Origin: Leptogorgia sarmentosa
Taxonomy: Eukaryota
Length of the DNA: 64,000 bases
NCBI GenBank assembly: GCA_964658305.1
Contig: OZ210884.1
Location: 558,001-622,000 of the forward strand
Direction: 5' to 3'
Position numbers and translations under genes: made by a program. A model generated the notes under the pieces. It was not told the DNA's origin, ran no database searches, and saw only the letters and a list, made by a program, of their open reading frames with translations. Of the stretch, positions 41,990 to 62,980 are shown piece by piece. Position 1 is the stretch's first letter, and each line of letters opens with the position of its first letter.

Positions 41990-43849
41990 ATGTCGGACAC
42001 TGAAATAGAACCTAATGGAACTGTAGAAGGCTCCAAAGGCGAGGATGGGATTAAACATAAACAAATTCCAACGGAGCTAAACCGGAGAAAGCGAGCAAGC
42101 AAACGAGAGACAACAAAAGTAAGGCACCATCTTGAGAAGTTAATGTGGAAAGTTGGAAGTAGCGAGGGAGGTGTGGAAGAACTGGAACATCGTATGGACA
42201 CACTATGGGGTGTATTAGAAGAAACCCAAACCATCATGGACGAACTGGCATCATATTTCGCAGAACTTGAAGATAATGAGAATCAAAAGCTTATAATGCA
42301 AGAGTCGAAGGAATTGGAAGAAGAATGCCAAAAAGTTATTGAAAAGGCACAGTCGGTAATCCTCAAATTTGTTGCGGCGAGCCCGTCGGAAGATCAAGTC
42401 AACATGACCAATCACGTAGAAACTGAAGTGCCCGTTCAAGGAAGTTCGACAAACAACGTTGAGAGTGACATTAATCCTAGCATAGCAGGGGAAGTTATAA
42501 CACCGGAATCGCAAGCAGTGGCTGACACTGCTGTTGTTAATGATAAAGCAGAGCAGCAGACAGTTGCAGAACATGATGGATCCCATTTGACACAGCATAA
42601 TTCGGTCATCAGCAATAACAGCAATGGAACAGCTATTAATCACCGACTGAAGCCATTAAAGGTACCAAACTTTGACGGAGATAAGAAAAGGTTCGAAGAA
42701 TTTTGGGGACTGTTTGAAAGCCTTGTGGACATGTCGAATGAACCAACCAGTCTAAAGATGGCACGGCTGCGTCAAAGTTTAACCGGAGTAGCTCTGGACT
42801 CAATCCGTGGACTTGGGGTATCGGGCCCCGAGTATGAGGAAGCCAAGGAGATTTTAAAAGCAAAATTTGGAGGTCAGCGACGACAACTTCGTGCTTACCT
42901 TGATGACTTGGAAAGGTTGCCACCTTTGCAGGCGGCTGATGTTCGAGGTTTTGAAAGGTTCACTGACCTAGTACGAGTGACAGTTGTCAAACTGCAGGCA
43001 GAGGGAAAGGTAGGAGAGCTTAGCGATGGAGCTTTGTACAGTTTGTTGGTTAAAAAGTTGACAGGATACCAGTTAGAGACGTATACACGATGGATGAACG
43101 AACATGGTAAAGAAAGATCGGTTTTAAGTCTTAGAGACTGGCTAAAAGAAGAAGTCTCGGTCAGAGTCGAAGCGATTGAAATGGCCCATGGTATAGATCC
43201 GGAAGGACAGGACAGACATAATCGAAAGCCGCGTTTCGTCAAAGGTGGAGGGAGGAACATGCAGAACTCGTATTTCATGGCCTCAGGCAACGGAGGCAAT
43301 TTAGCAGCCAACGAACGCCAGCCTCCAAAAGATCAGCCCCCTAAAGTTAAACCCCCTTGCGCCTTCTGTAATGGGCCGCACCATGGTATTTGGTCGTGTC
43401 GGCAGTTCGAGCAGAAATCGGTTGAAGAACGATGGAAAGTCGCAAAGGAAAAAAAATTGTGTTTCCGCTGTTTAAGCAAGGACCATCGGGGAAAAGATTG
43501 TCAACGATCTCAACCATGCAACCTAGATGGATGTCGTCTTAATCACCACCGATTGTTACACCGGCAACCCATGATCCCACCGTCAACGGAATCACCTATT
43601 CCCCAGGACCCTTCACGGGAGGGGGCACTTCCACCCAGAAACGTGGCAATGATGACCCAAAACCCAGCATCGTCGGGTGAGCAGTGCTCATTACGGACAG
43701 TTCCTGTGTGGCTGAAGAGCAACGGAAAGAAGATCAAGGTAAACGCAATACTAGATGACGCCTCGAACGAAACATTCGTAAACGAAAACGTGGCTAGCTT
43801 TCTGGGACTGCATGGGAAAGATTTCAGACTGTGCAAGTTCATGTGTTGA
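41990..43849 (+). CDS. gag: BEL/Pao Gag and start of the aspartic protease
   Basis: LKVPNFDG..F..FW (DUF1759-like); three Cys/His knuckles CAFC..HH..C, CFRC..H..C, C..C..HHRLLH; protease ILDDAS. Confidence 0.9.
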   Translation: MSDTEIEPNGTVEGSKGEDGIKHKQIPTELNRRKRASKRETTKVRHHLEKLMWKVGSSEGGVEELEHRMDTLWGVLEETQTIMDELASYFAELEDNENQKLIMQESKELEEECQKVIEKAQSVILKFVAASPSEDQVNMTNHVETEVPVQGSSTNNVESDINPSIAGEVITPESQAVADTAVVNDKAEQQTVAEHDGSHLTQHNSVISNNSNGTAINHRLKPLKVPNFDGDKKRFEEFWGLFESLVDMSNEPTSLKMARLRQSLTGVALDSIRGLGVSGPEYEEAKEILKAKFGGQRRQLRAYLDDLERLPPLQAADVRGFERFTDLVRVTVVKLQAEGKVGELSDGALYSLLVKKLTGYQLETYTRWMNEHGKERSVLSLRDWLKEEVSVRVEAIEMAHGIDPEGQDRHNRKPRFVKGGGRNMQNSYFMASGNGGNLAANERQPPKDQPPKVKPPCAFCNGPHHGIWSCRQFEQKSVEERWKVAKEKKLCFRCLSKDHRGKDCQRSQPCNLDGCRLNHHRLLHRQPMIPPSTESPIPQDPSREGALPPRNVAMMTQNPASSGEQCSLRTVPVWLKSNGKKIKVNAILDDASNETFVNENVASFLGLHGKDFRLCKFMC

Positions 43850-46800
43850 ACAATTCTATCGAGACTTTCCAGTCTATGCCGGTAACAATTGAAATTGAAA
43901 GCGTGAGTGGCGGCTTTGGCAAAGTTATCGAGGTGAACACGTGCCCCCATCAGGTGACTGGAACATATAAAGTTGAAGACTGGGAAAAAACAAAAAAGCA
44001 ATGGCCTCATCTTGCACAATGTGAGTTCCCAAAGCCAGCGAAAACTGGACTAGTGGACTTGCTGATTGGGGTGGATAACGCTGATCTACACTATTCGAAA
44101 GCTGACGTCCTTGGTCCACCAGGTAGCCCAATCGCTCGACTAGGACCTCTGGGATGGACCTGCATTGGGCCAACAGGAAGACAGCTCGAAAAACGATCGC
44201 ACCTTACCACGCATTCCTTTTTGGCCAGAGACGCACATATCGAGAACGCAAACGTTGGTTGTTGCGATGTTAACAACACATTGAGAAAGTTTTGGGAGGT
44301 CGAAGCCTATGGGACGGAAACAAAACGAGCCGAAGTTATGACCACAGACGAGAGGAGCGCGCTACAAAAAGTCGAGTCGTCGTTAACGCACAACGGAAGT
44401 CGGTATTCATTAGCGGTCCCATGGAAAGAAGATAATCCGGGGCTTCCTAACAACCGAGAACTAGCGAAAAACCGGTTGGAGAGTACGGAAAGAAGTTTGA
44501 AAACGAAGGACGCCTTCGTTAAGAAGCAATACGAAGAGACAATAAAATCGTACGTTGAAAAAGGTTACTTGCGAAAGTTGTCACCGGAAGAAAGATCGCC
44601 GCCGTCCTCATGGTATTTACCTCATTTTCCGATCGTGAAGCTGGACAAGTCGACGACAAAAGTACGTATCGTATTCGACTGTTCGGCGAAGTATAAAGGC
44701 GTGGCGCTGAACGATGTCATTCATGCAGGTCCTAAACTTCAAACGGAACTATTCGACGTGCTCGTACGGTTTCGGCGAAATCCAATTGGTCTAGCGTGCG
44801 ACATTAAAGAGATGTATTTGCGAATCGAGATCGAAGAAAAAGATCGCCCTTATTTTCGAATTTTATGGCGAGACAACGAGACCAATCGAGAACCTGACGA
44901 ATACGAATTTACGCGAGTAGTTTTCGGGAAGAACTCAGCACCCATGGAAGCGCAGTATGTGGCGCAGGAAAATGCTCGACGGTTTAAAGAAAGCTATCCA
45001 CTCGCAGCGGAAACGGTTCTGAAGTCGACATATATGGACGACTCCATAGACAGCGTCGAGGACGAGGCTACGGCGAAAATACTTCAAACAGAATTGCAGG
45101 AATTATGGGCAAAAGCGGGTATGGAAGCCAGGAAATGGATCTCAAACTCAAAGCACGTTCTCGCAGCTATACCGGAGGAACATCGCGCATCAGAGTTGGT
45201 GATTCGAGAGGCAGACCAACCAGTGTCAAAAACGTTAGGCCTATCCTGGTTCAGTGAAGAGGACGCCCTTTCCATTCCAGTACCATCGATTTCAGTAACC
45301 CTGTCGGTAACGAAACGAAGCGTTCTGAAAAAAATAGCTACTATTTTTGATCCCCTTGGTCTTATCTCGCCAGCGGTCGTCAAAGGAAAGATGTTGCTGC
45401 AAACGTTGTGGACGCGCGGTTATGATTGGGACGATGAAATTCTGGATGATTTAGCAAATGAAATCAAGTCTTGGTTTGATCAATTATCTGCATTGGTCCG
45501 AGTTAGAATTCCCCGTTGTATCCGGCTTCCGGGGAGGATCACATCGTTTAAGTTGATTACATTCGTTGACGCTTCCACGAGTGCGTTCGGCGCTGCAGTG
45601 TACGCACGTTTCGAGTATGAGCAACCACACCCCCCGACATGTCGTCTGTTGGCCTCAAAGAGCAAGGTCGCACCTTTAGTACCCGTCACGGTCCCCCGTC
45701 TAGAGTTAATGGCCGCAGTTACGGGACTAAGGCTAACGCAAGTTATAATTCGAGTGTTGGAGATCCCTATGAGCACTGTAACGTTTTATTCGGACAGTTT
45801 AGATGTCCTTTGGTGGATACGTGGAAAGGGAAAGGATTTTCGCGCGTTTGTGGCGAACAGAGTCGGTGAAATACAGATGTACAGCGACCCTCAACAATGG
45901 CAACATGTGTCGACGGAGCAAAATCCGGCAGATCTTGTATCCCGGGGTATTAACGTGGAGGACATCATAGATAATTCGCTGTGGTGGAATGGCCCCGATT
46001 GGCTATTGAAGGACGAAGACGATTGGCCAAAAATGGATGGTAATCCGCCACGTGGAATGAAAGAAATCAAGAATTTTACCGTCCTAGGAAGTCACCCCAC
46101 CACGCTTCCACCTAGTCCATCAAAGAAAGCGAAACCAGCCGAGTGGAGGTTAAGTCCGTCTCGCTACTCCTCTTGGATGCGCCTAGTTTGTATTCGTGCT
46201 CGAGTCGTCCGAGTTGTATGCAACATGCGCAAGAGGGAAAATGCTGTACCAGGGAATGCATTGTACCCAGAAGAAATCCAAGACGCAGAAGAAGATATCA
46301 TTCGCGAAGTACAAAAAGAAGCCTTTCCCGAAGAGTATCGAGCATTGACGAGCAACAAAGCTATCTCGCCCAAAAGTCCTTTGATAAAGTTATCTCCTCG
46401 GATTGACGACAATGGTATCATTCGTATGGAAGGACGATTACAATATGCAGACTCCCTCCCCCATGATGTTAAACACCCCATCATCCTACCACGTGGTCAC
46501 CACGTAACAAAGCTTATTGTTAAACACTACCACGAGAGGGCAAACCACATGGGAGGTGTAAATTTTATTCTGGCCCAACTGGCACAAAGATTCTGGATAA
46601 TCGCTGCACGTGAGGAGATTCGAAGTTGGGAGAATGAATGTAATGAGTGCAAAAAGAGAAAGACGAAGGTCGCGACCCAAATAATGGCCCCACTTCCTAA
46701 GGTCCGCCTCAGATTCACCTTTCAACCATTCGACCAAACAGCGGTAGATTACGCCGGGCCCTTTATCACCATCCAAGGACGGGGAAGGCAACGACAAAAA

Positions 46801-47646
46801 CGATGGTTGTGTTTATTTACGTGCCTCGCGACGAGAGCAATCCACTTGGAAATGGCCTGGGCACTGGACACCGAGAGTTTTTTGAATGCTTTCACCCGCT
46901 TTACCAGTCGGCGCGGCGTTCCGTCGGAAGTAACAAGTGACAACGGGACCAATTTCGTTGGTGCGGTGAATGAATTGAGTGAGTTGGTGAGCAAGTTAGA
47001 ACCAGACCGTATTCAGCACAGGACAACCCACTTGTTCAACAAAGTTAAGTGGCATTTCAACCCCCCAGCGGGGCCCCATTTTGGAGGGGCACACGAAGCG
47101 ATGGTTAAGTCAGCAAAACGTGCCATTTATGCAGTCCTAGGAAACGGGGACATTCGAGATGAAGAATTAATCACGGCGTTTGCTGCGGTTGAGAGTCTAC
47201 TCAACTCCCGCCCCTTAACGTATCAAACATCAGATCCGAAAGATGCTACGCCCTTAACGCCAAATCATTTCCTGCATGGACAAATAGGTGGGGAAGTGGC
47301 TCCCGAATCGGTGGACTACACCAGTTTTAACCTGAGAAACCGTTGGCGGAGAGTACAGCAATTAGTCAATCAGGTGTGGTCTAGATGGTTAAAAGAATAC
47401 CTTCCCACGCTGAACAAACGGCCAAAGTGGACGGAGATAGTTAACGACATGAAAAAGGACGATGTTGTGCTTGCGTTGGAAAGTAACCTCCCTAGAGGAC
47501 GTTGGCTATTAGGGCGAATCATTGAAACGTATCCAGGTAAAGACGGCCACACACGGGTGGCGAAGGTCCAGTGTGGCGCGAGAACATTAGTTCGACCTAT
47601 ACACAAGTTAGTACCGCTGTTTCAGGAGAACTGCAAGGAGAAATAA
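43831..47646 (+). CDS. pol: BEL/Pao Pol (protease C-terminus, RT, RNase H, integrase)
   Basis: WYLPHF, KVRIVFD, YMDD, FVDAS, PRLEL, NPADLVSRG, HH..CNEC, VDYAGP, SDNGTNF, LTPNHFL; 1271 aa without stops. Confidence 0.93.
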   Translation: MQVHVLNNSIETFQSMPVTIEIESVSGGFGKVIEVNTCPHQVTGTYKVEDWEKTKKQWPHLAQCEFPKPAKTGLVDLLIGVDNADLHYSKADVLGPPGSPIARLGPLGWTCIGPTGRQLEKRSHLTTHSFLARDAHIENANVGCCDVNNTLRKFWEVEAYGTETKRAEVMTTDERSALQKVESSLTHNGSRYSLAVPWKEDNPGLPNNRELAKNRLESTERSLKTKDAFVKKQYEETIKSYVEKGYLRKLSPEERSPPSSWYLPHFPIVKLDKSTTKVRIVFDCSAKYKGVALNDVIHAGPKLQTELFDVLVRFRRNPIGLACDIKEMYLRIEIEEKDRPYFRILWRDNETNREPDEYEFTRVVFGKNSAPMEAQYVAQENARRFKESYPLAAETVLKSTYMDDSIDSVEDEATAKILQTELQELWAKAGMEARKWISNSKHVLAAIPEEHRASELVIREADQPVSKTLGLSWFSEEDALSIPVPSISVTLSVTKRSVLKKIATIFDPLGLISPAVVKGKMLLQTLWTRGYDWDDEILDDLANEIKSWFDQLSALVRVRIPRCIRLPGRITSFKLITFVDASTSAFGAAVYARFEYEQPHPPTCRLLASKSKVAPLVPVTVPRLELMAAVTGLRLTQVIIRVLEIPMSTVTFYSDSLDVLWWIRGKGKDFRAFVANRVGEIQMYSDPQQWQHVSTEQNPADLVSRGINVEDIIDNSLWWNGPDWLLKDEDDWPKMDGNPPRGMKEIKNFTVLGSHPTTLPPSPSKKAKPAEWRLSPSRYSSWMRLVCIRARVVRVVCNMRKRENAVPGNALYPEEIQDAEEDIIREVQKEAFPEEYRALTSNKAISPKSPLIKLSPRIDDNGIIRMEGRLQYADSLPHDVKHPIILPRGHHVTKLIVKHYHERANHMGGVNFILAQLAQRFWIIAAREEIRSWENECNECKKRKTKVATQIMAPLPKVRLRFTFQPFDQTAVDYAGPFITIQGRGRQRQKRWLCLFTCLATRAIHLEMAWALDTESFLNAFTRFTSRRGVPSEVTSDNGTNFVGAVNELSELVSKLEPDRIQHRTTHLFNKVKWHFNPPAGPHFGGAHEAMVKSAKRAIYAVLGNGDIRDEELITAFAAVESLLNSRPLTYQTSDPKDATPLTPNHFLHGQIGGEVAPESVDYTSFNLRNRWRRVQQLVNQVWSRWLKEYLPTLNKRPKWTEIVNDMKKDDVVLALESNLPRGRWLLGRIIETYPGKDGHTRVAKVQCGARTLVRPIHKLVPLFQENCKEK

Positions 47647-50600
47647 CTCTAGAACGGAACTAGCTGTTTCAAAAATTAGACTAAAATGCGCACTCTGCGT
47701 AGTGCGGGGAGGGGGGATGTTATGAAGAGAACGTTCATATTTGGGTTTTATTGTAAATAATATGTTCTGGGGCAGCTGTGGGGGAAAATAGGTTGCTAGG
47801 CAACAGGGTTAAGGGGGAAGAACACGAGGTCTCTTACCGAACGTTCGGCTATCGTAAGTTAAACCATTCTAGCATTGCTTTTTGGGTTATTTTATGTTTT
47901 AAAGTTATTTTACGTTTCTATTAAATGTATAAAAAGAGTTTTTAGTCAGGTCTGGATAACATTTTCAATACGAAATGTCTGTAGCCAAGTCTTAAGTTGC
48001 TATCCTCGTTGTTATCCGTAAGTAATTAAGCGGTCATTAAGGCTAAATTTGCATACTCGAAGTAATTAAAATTATACATTACATCGCGCGGGCGTTAGCT
48101 AGGGTCCTTTGCAGGACCACAAATTTCATTTTAAAATGACAGAACATTTATTTCTTAAATCGTTTTTACAACGGTCTACTTCTGAGACTATAATGTTTTC
48201 TAAGACTATAATGCTGTCTTTTTTTATCTCTAAAGATTTCTCATACTCTTGTCTGTCTTCTGGCGATAACTTTACTATCTGCTCGGGTTTCATAGGAATA
48301 TATTTTGGTGCGTCCAAGAACAAGAAGCGTTAAACCATATTTCCCATTCTCTTCATTTTTCCGTAGCCATGGTTTCTTTAATAAAGGCTCGCAAGCCCGT
48401 TCGGCCTTTTTGGCCCGTTTGGCCTTTTGGGCCCGTTTGACCTTCTTAGCCCGTTAGGATATCATTCGTTATATCATTTCGATATCATTCGATATGTATA
48501 CGTTATTTACCAGCTGGGAGGTCCGTCTGGAAAATATTTTGTCGAGCCTCGACAAAATATTTTCCAGTACGGACCGACCTAAATGGTAAATAACTTATTT
48601 ATTTTTTCTGCTCGAAGCTATAATAAAACCCATAAGAAATTCCAGTGTTGCGAACTAGATTTGAAATCAGTTGTGTTTGTTTACTTTGCTGCTCTATCGC
48701 AAGTATGGCTGCTAAACAGCCAAGACGAAGTGAGAAGAAACCCTTCAATATTGACGTATAACGCATTTGCTTCAATATTGACGCTTTTTCACTAACATTA
48801 CTACGAAAAAGGTAAAATTATTAAAATTATATATTTTCCCGTTCGTTTCACGATACAAACATGGTTAAAATACGCTTTAGACACCGAAATATTTCGCCGA
48901 GAATGTAAGTTTTGTATTGTTAATACTGATGATACTGTGAATCCGTCATATCTGCTCGGTAAAACTCATATACGACATTATGACGTAGTTATGTCGTATA
49001 TTGAAAACTCATATACGACATTAGATGTAATTATGTCGTATATTGAAAATTATATGACATTATGACGTCGACTAATTTATGCTGCTTATGTTAAATGCGG
49101 CGAAAAATACAAGTTCTGGTTTACAATGCAACCGTTTACACTAAGTCGGATAAAGATACAATAAATAATAAAACAATAATTATTAAATTCGTTTGTGTTA
49201 TTTGCCTCAGTAAATATCTTACTCGACCTCATTCAATAATTGTTAAATAAACTGTCAGATAAAATTCATTCTACGAAAACTTTGTTAATTTATTCAGTTG
49301 TTACATGTGTTCGCAAGGTCTAGCAAACAACAAATTCGATTAAATTTGCCCATTTCAGCGTTTTATCGATTTCAGTTTCCGCTTTCAGGTTCAGTTTCCG
49401 CTTTCAGGTTCCGTTTCCGCAATTCAGTTTCAGTGTTTTATCCCTACCCAGCTGGCACCCGGCGGGGTAGCAATTAATCTTGGCGCGTTTATCTGAAGCG
49501 AAGTATAAATTTCATAACCGGCGGGCTGACGGACCACCAATTGAACCAGCCGCTTCACCAGTTTTACTCTAACAGAGAATTTTCTTTCGACAAAGGTATG
49601 TTGTGTATTCAAATTTTGTCCATTTCTGGATAGTATTACAACAGGTTTAATAGCAACCAAATATCTGTTGTCATGTGTACTATTATTGTACATGTGTAGC
49701 ATAATGTGCGTTGATACTACAATGGGTAGATCTACTGAACTTGGTGAGATACCTTTTGTCACATTTAAAATCATCTACTGTACCATTTGAAGTTTGCTGG
49801 TGGGCCGATATAGCTTTTCCTTGATTCCTTCCACGGTACATTATAGCAAATTCCAATGTTGTCAATTAATATGCGTGGGTATTGCGCAATTATTCCATGT
49901 CAGTACCCACTAATGCACGACGATCAGAGAAACTGCCTACTTTTGGGATGGATTGTTGCCCTTGTTGGTGTGTTGAGTGTCTTGCAATTGGCTGGTTTAA
50001 TATATCCTTACACTGTTTTGTAAAGTACAGTCTGTCATTGCATGCATACTCCTTAGGTAAACAAAATATACATATAAGTACATGTGATTAAATTACGTAT
50101 GCCGTTTTTACTCGTTTGAGCGCCGCGGCGCTCTTTAAATTTTGAGATCTTCTGATGCGGCTATTATGTTACTTGCTTAGACTATTTATTTTTGCAGCGG
50201 TTATCATTATATAACTTTCTTACCTGTGAAAACCCCTCAGAGAAAACCCGCAAGTATCGCCAGACCCTTTTCTTGCATTAAAGAAATAAACTCACAGCCT
50301 CTGGCATGATAGGTGCTTGCTCGGGCAGTAAAAAGTACTCTATAACACCTCTAGAGTTAGACAACATAATGGAGTACAGTGCATTAGCTTACCTGATAGA
50401 AAATTGTAATATACAATACCAGTTGAAAGCCCAGGGCTTAATTTAAGTGCTTCGTCGTATCCCCATTTTTCCTGTCACCCTCATAAGTTTCATTAAATCC
50501 CAGGGTAAATCAAATTGAGAATCAGCTAATTCTAATCCATGTACTGTACAGTACAGTCTGTACGATACACGATAAAATAATATATTACTTATAATCAATG

Positions 50601-50998
50601 AACGAAAATTCTAATGTGCTGTTATCCACCATTCAACAAGCCTGTTTTTACCGGTATCGTTGCACAAGTACGTTTGTTTTAGAATAGCATGTGATTATCA
50701 CATATCGCCTCACGGACGAAAATTCATATTTTGTCGTCTCCACCAATCAACAACCGAGCTTATGTGACTGCAAGTGAGTTTAATATTTATCGTTCACTTA
50801 ATGAGGCTGTTCGTACGCTTTCGTTCAGTTGTGTATGTTAACTAATATAACTAGAAATATTCAAATCAGATTTGATGCAAAACGAAATGTAAATTTGAAT
50901 CGACTGTAAAATAGTGAACGTTTGCCAAAAGACAAAACATGTAGATTTTTATCAAAGATAATTTATGTTTTTTTCTTCTGTTTAATCCAGGTAATCAA

Positions 50999-59917
<8,919 letters not shown>

Positions 59918-61944
59918 GACTTTGAGACAAATGATATAGATATTGGGGTGTGTTTTGCCTAGATTATTTCAAAATTGAAGTGTTGAACATGTAAAATTAT
60001 GGCTTCATATTGAGTTTTGTTTCGTTTTGGCGACATTCTGTTCTCGATTCTAAATCGTGATTAAAGCAGTTGCACCTGCACCAATGTGTTCCATTGGACT
60101 AGAGCCGCCAGGTCACTAAAACGATCAGGGTTTCAAGAGAGGTACAATGCTCGAGTTGGCCGGGATTGCAAATTGACTTGCACCATTTTCATTGTGACAG
60201 ACCAAATCAGCCGTGAAGGATGCAGCTGGCATTGGGGCGAAACTGAAGGGTGGGTTAGGGACGGTGACTAGTCCCACCCCCAGCTCAATTTTGTATGTCC
60301 AAGAGGGAGTTCGCTTTCTTTTTGTTGTTATATGTTCATGCGGTGCAGGAAGCCATCTAAACGAATCTGAATGCCGCAGAGATATCATTTAATAGCATTC
60401 CGAAATAGCGGCAGATATATCACTCAAAGAGCTCAACCGAACTTTTATACTCCGGTATGCCGATAACGTTGAAGTTTGCAACGACCATGCAGATAAAACC
60501 GTCCGTTAATGTTAGTTAATTTTAGACCAGGATTACGCTATACCGTATTCTTCTGGAGCGTAGCGATTTTCATATTGGGGCTGCTGTTCACACAACACCG
60601 CTGCAATCTGATACGTCACTCCGCTCTGGAGGTGATATGATGACAAGCAATCCAGTACGTTTCGTATCAGTGCAAACACTACAATGCGGTATTCTCGCAG
60701 TGTCCAAAAAACATGAAATACTGGTATTTCCTTTATTATTCAAGGTGTCTATATTTGACGAATGCTGCTTAGAAACGTGTTTGCTTTTAAAAAGGCATAG
60801 CAGGTGACCTCAGTATAAACGGCAAAGGGGGGAGGAGCTGTACGGGTTTTTCTGGCAGTAGTGTGAACAGGCGTGCGTTTTGCAACCCGGATCGAAAAGC
60901 AATCAGGCATAGTGTAATCCCAGCCTTAATAAATAGCTGTTGTTTAGTTGCTGGGCATTCCATATGCCTGCAGGGCATTTCCCTCACCCCCCTCCCCACC
61001 CCCCCCCCTCGCCTTAGGTGCAAATTTTGCCCCTGGGTGCTGCTCTGGGGGTACCTATTTCCACAACCGGGGTCCGGAGACTCAGAATTGTGTTTTGGGA
61101 CATGCCCACAAACTGTGACATTGTTAATCTACGTCAATTATAGTGGCAGTTCGATCAGATCCTACGATCATCTTTGACCAATTTTAGAATTTCGCCTCGT
61201 GCATTACATTAGTTTTCTGGCTTCAATATTGACTAATTGATTTCAAAATTATGATTTAACCAGTTCTAGTTTCAGATCAGTGCCATCATACGACGAAGGT
61301 CTCGCTTCAGTTGTATTGAGGTCATTTTAGCTATTTTTCATAGGTTGTGGTTAAAGGGGATGGCCAAGAGGATAGGATTTCAGGATGGCGGCTGTATTTC
61401 CAGATTCTCAAAATACAAAAACACAAACAACCACGTGCTGTTAGCTATTGCAAACCTCACTCCAAACTTACCCCAAACCTTACACTAACCCTGATCCCAG
61501 TATTAACAATAAACCGAACCGAACTGTAAGTCTTTGACACCTACGGTACCTCTCAATCTCATCCATTCCCTTCAACCTTAGCCATTTATCATATGGCTGA
61601 GATAAATGCCGCAACGCTGATTGGTTGATCACCCGTCATCTCAAGAAATTCGTTTTGCCGGCTGAATAAATTCATGAAAGCAATATACAAATAGAATCAG
61701 AATTATACGGGCACGCCGCTGCTATTTTCCCTTTCGTAAACGGTCGTTGCCTTCCGAAACGGTCGACGCCTTCCCTGCTCGCATTTTAAATGTTACATAA
61801 TGCATTTCCACTATAAATATTTTTGTTTTCTATATTTTGCAGCGAGCTCGAAAACTCAGACGGTTAAGCACGCTGTACACCGCGTGCGTCGTAGTTTTAT
61901 AGTTCAAGCCCCGGCTCGACACTTTTTCGCGTTTCTGATTTTAA

Positions 61945-62400
61945 AGGAGCAGTGTCACCGCGTGCGCATCTTTACTGCGCATAACAAGAAATGTTTGTTG
62001 TAGATGCTTTATTTCCGACCTAAAATTGTTAAATAATGCACAACACACATTCAAATGACGTTTATAAATGACTTTCAAACTTAATCAAACTAAAATAACA
62101 TTACATTATTCTTGCCTTCTGTATTCTAAAGATAACAGACGCGCGGCGAAGTCGCTACGCTACATTTGCCGTATATCCCGCCTCCTTCGCGTAAATATAT
62201 CCTCTTGTGCTGATTAGTGATTACCCTACGAATTTCTTCCCACATTTGGCTTTCATATTTTCTTTTACGTCCTGCATTTTTTCGTTTATCTCCACGCGTG
62301 CCTACCGGAAAGGGCGCCATCTTGATTATAATCCGCTATACCAACGCTATCAAATTTCACTATGCGCAGAACGAGATGCGCATGCGGTGACACTGCTCCT
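61945..62400. mobile_element. Kolobok-like MITE
   Basis: TTAA on both sides and TIR AGGAGCAGTGTCACCGC. Confidence 0.8.
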
Positions 62401-62543
62401 TTAACTTAAAACTTTTTTTTTCAATATTTTCCCGACTTTTGTTGTTAGGGTTAGTATTTTAGGGTTTGGGTTGGGATTAAGCGTATTTCAAAATTTTAAA
62501 TTTGTCATAAATTAGGCAAAAAGCGAGCAGGAAAGGCATCGAC

Positions 62544-62980
62544 AGTAGGTTTTACGGTACATCTGGCGAGGGAAGTAATTAGTATGCAAGGAGGGCGAGT
62601 GCCTTAGCGCCGGAAGTAATTAGTATGCAATGAGTAATTAGTAACGTAACCGCGGCATGTGTTCCAGATACGCGTCCGTGTTATAAAAGTAAACTTGTAT
62701 GCATATAGAAAGGGTAGAATTTTTCGGTAAAAGAGATATAATGTCCGACTAAAAGTTTAAAAGATGGGGGTTAGTTGATTATATCTCTTTTACCGAAAAA
62801 TTCTACCCTTTCTATATGCATACAAGTTTACTTTTATAACACGGACGCGTATCTGGAACACATGCCGCGGTTACGTTACTAATTACTCATTGCATACTAA
62901 TTACTTCCGGCGCTAATTAAGGCACTCGCCCTCCTTGCATACTAATTACTTCCCTCGCCAGATGTACCGTAAAACCTACT
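62544..62980. mobile_element. TIR-only mini-Polinton (437 bp)
   Basis: ~200-bp inverted arms starting AGTAGGTTTTACGGTAC, a ~35-bp spacer and a perfect 6-bp TSD ATCGAC. Confidence 0.75.

Larger units (their letters stand above)
41285..47961 (+). mobile_element. BEL/Pao LTR retrotransposon, full length
   Basis: 244-bp TG...CA LTRs (41285-41528, 47718-47961) with no difference seen, 5-bp TSD TTTTC, PBS at 41531 and PPT at 47706-47717. Confidence 0.97.
35818..48495 (+). mobile_element. Left end of a Polinton-derived element split by the LINE and BEL insertions
   Basis: AGTAGTAATATAGGTACCGATCG start. The TIR resumes at ~41011 after the LINE, and the interior resumes after 47966, reaching GATATC repeats at 48458. 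Confidence 0.6.

Noticed and set aside
42251..47606. Many short antisense or alternate-frame ORFs within the BEL element
   Set aside because: Shadow ORFs of the long gag/pol frames.
49430..50091. Coding-like minus-strand stretch
   Set aside because: Short interrupted frames with no motif recognised.
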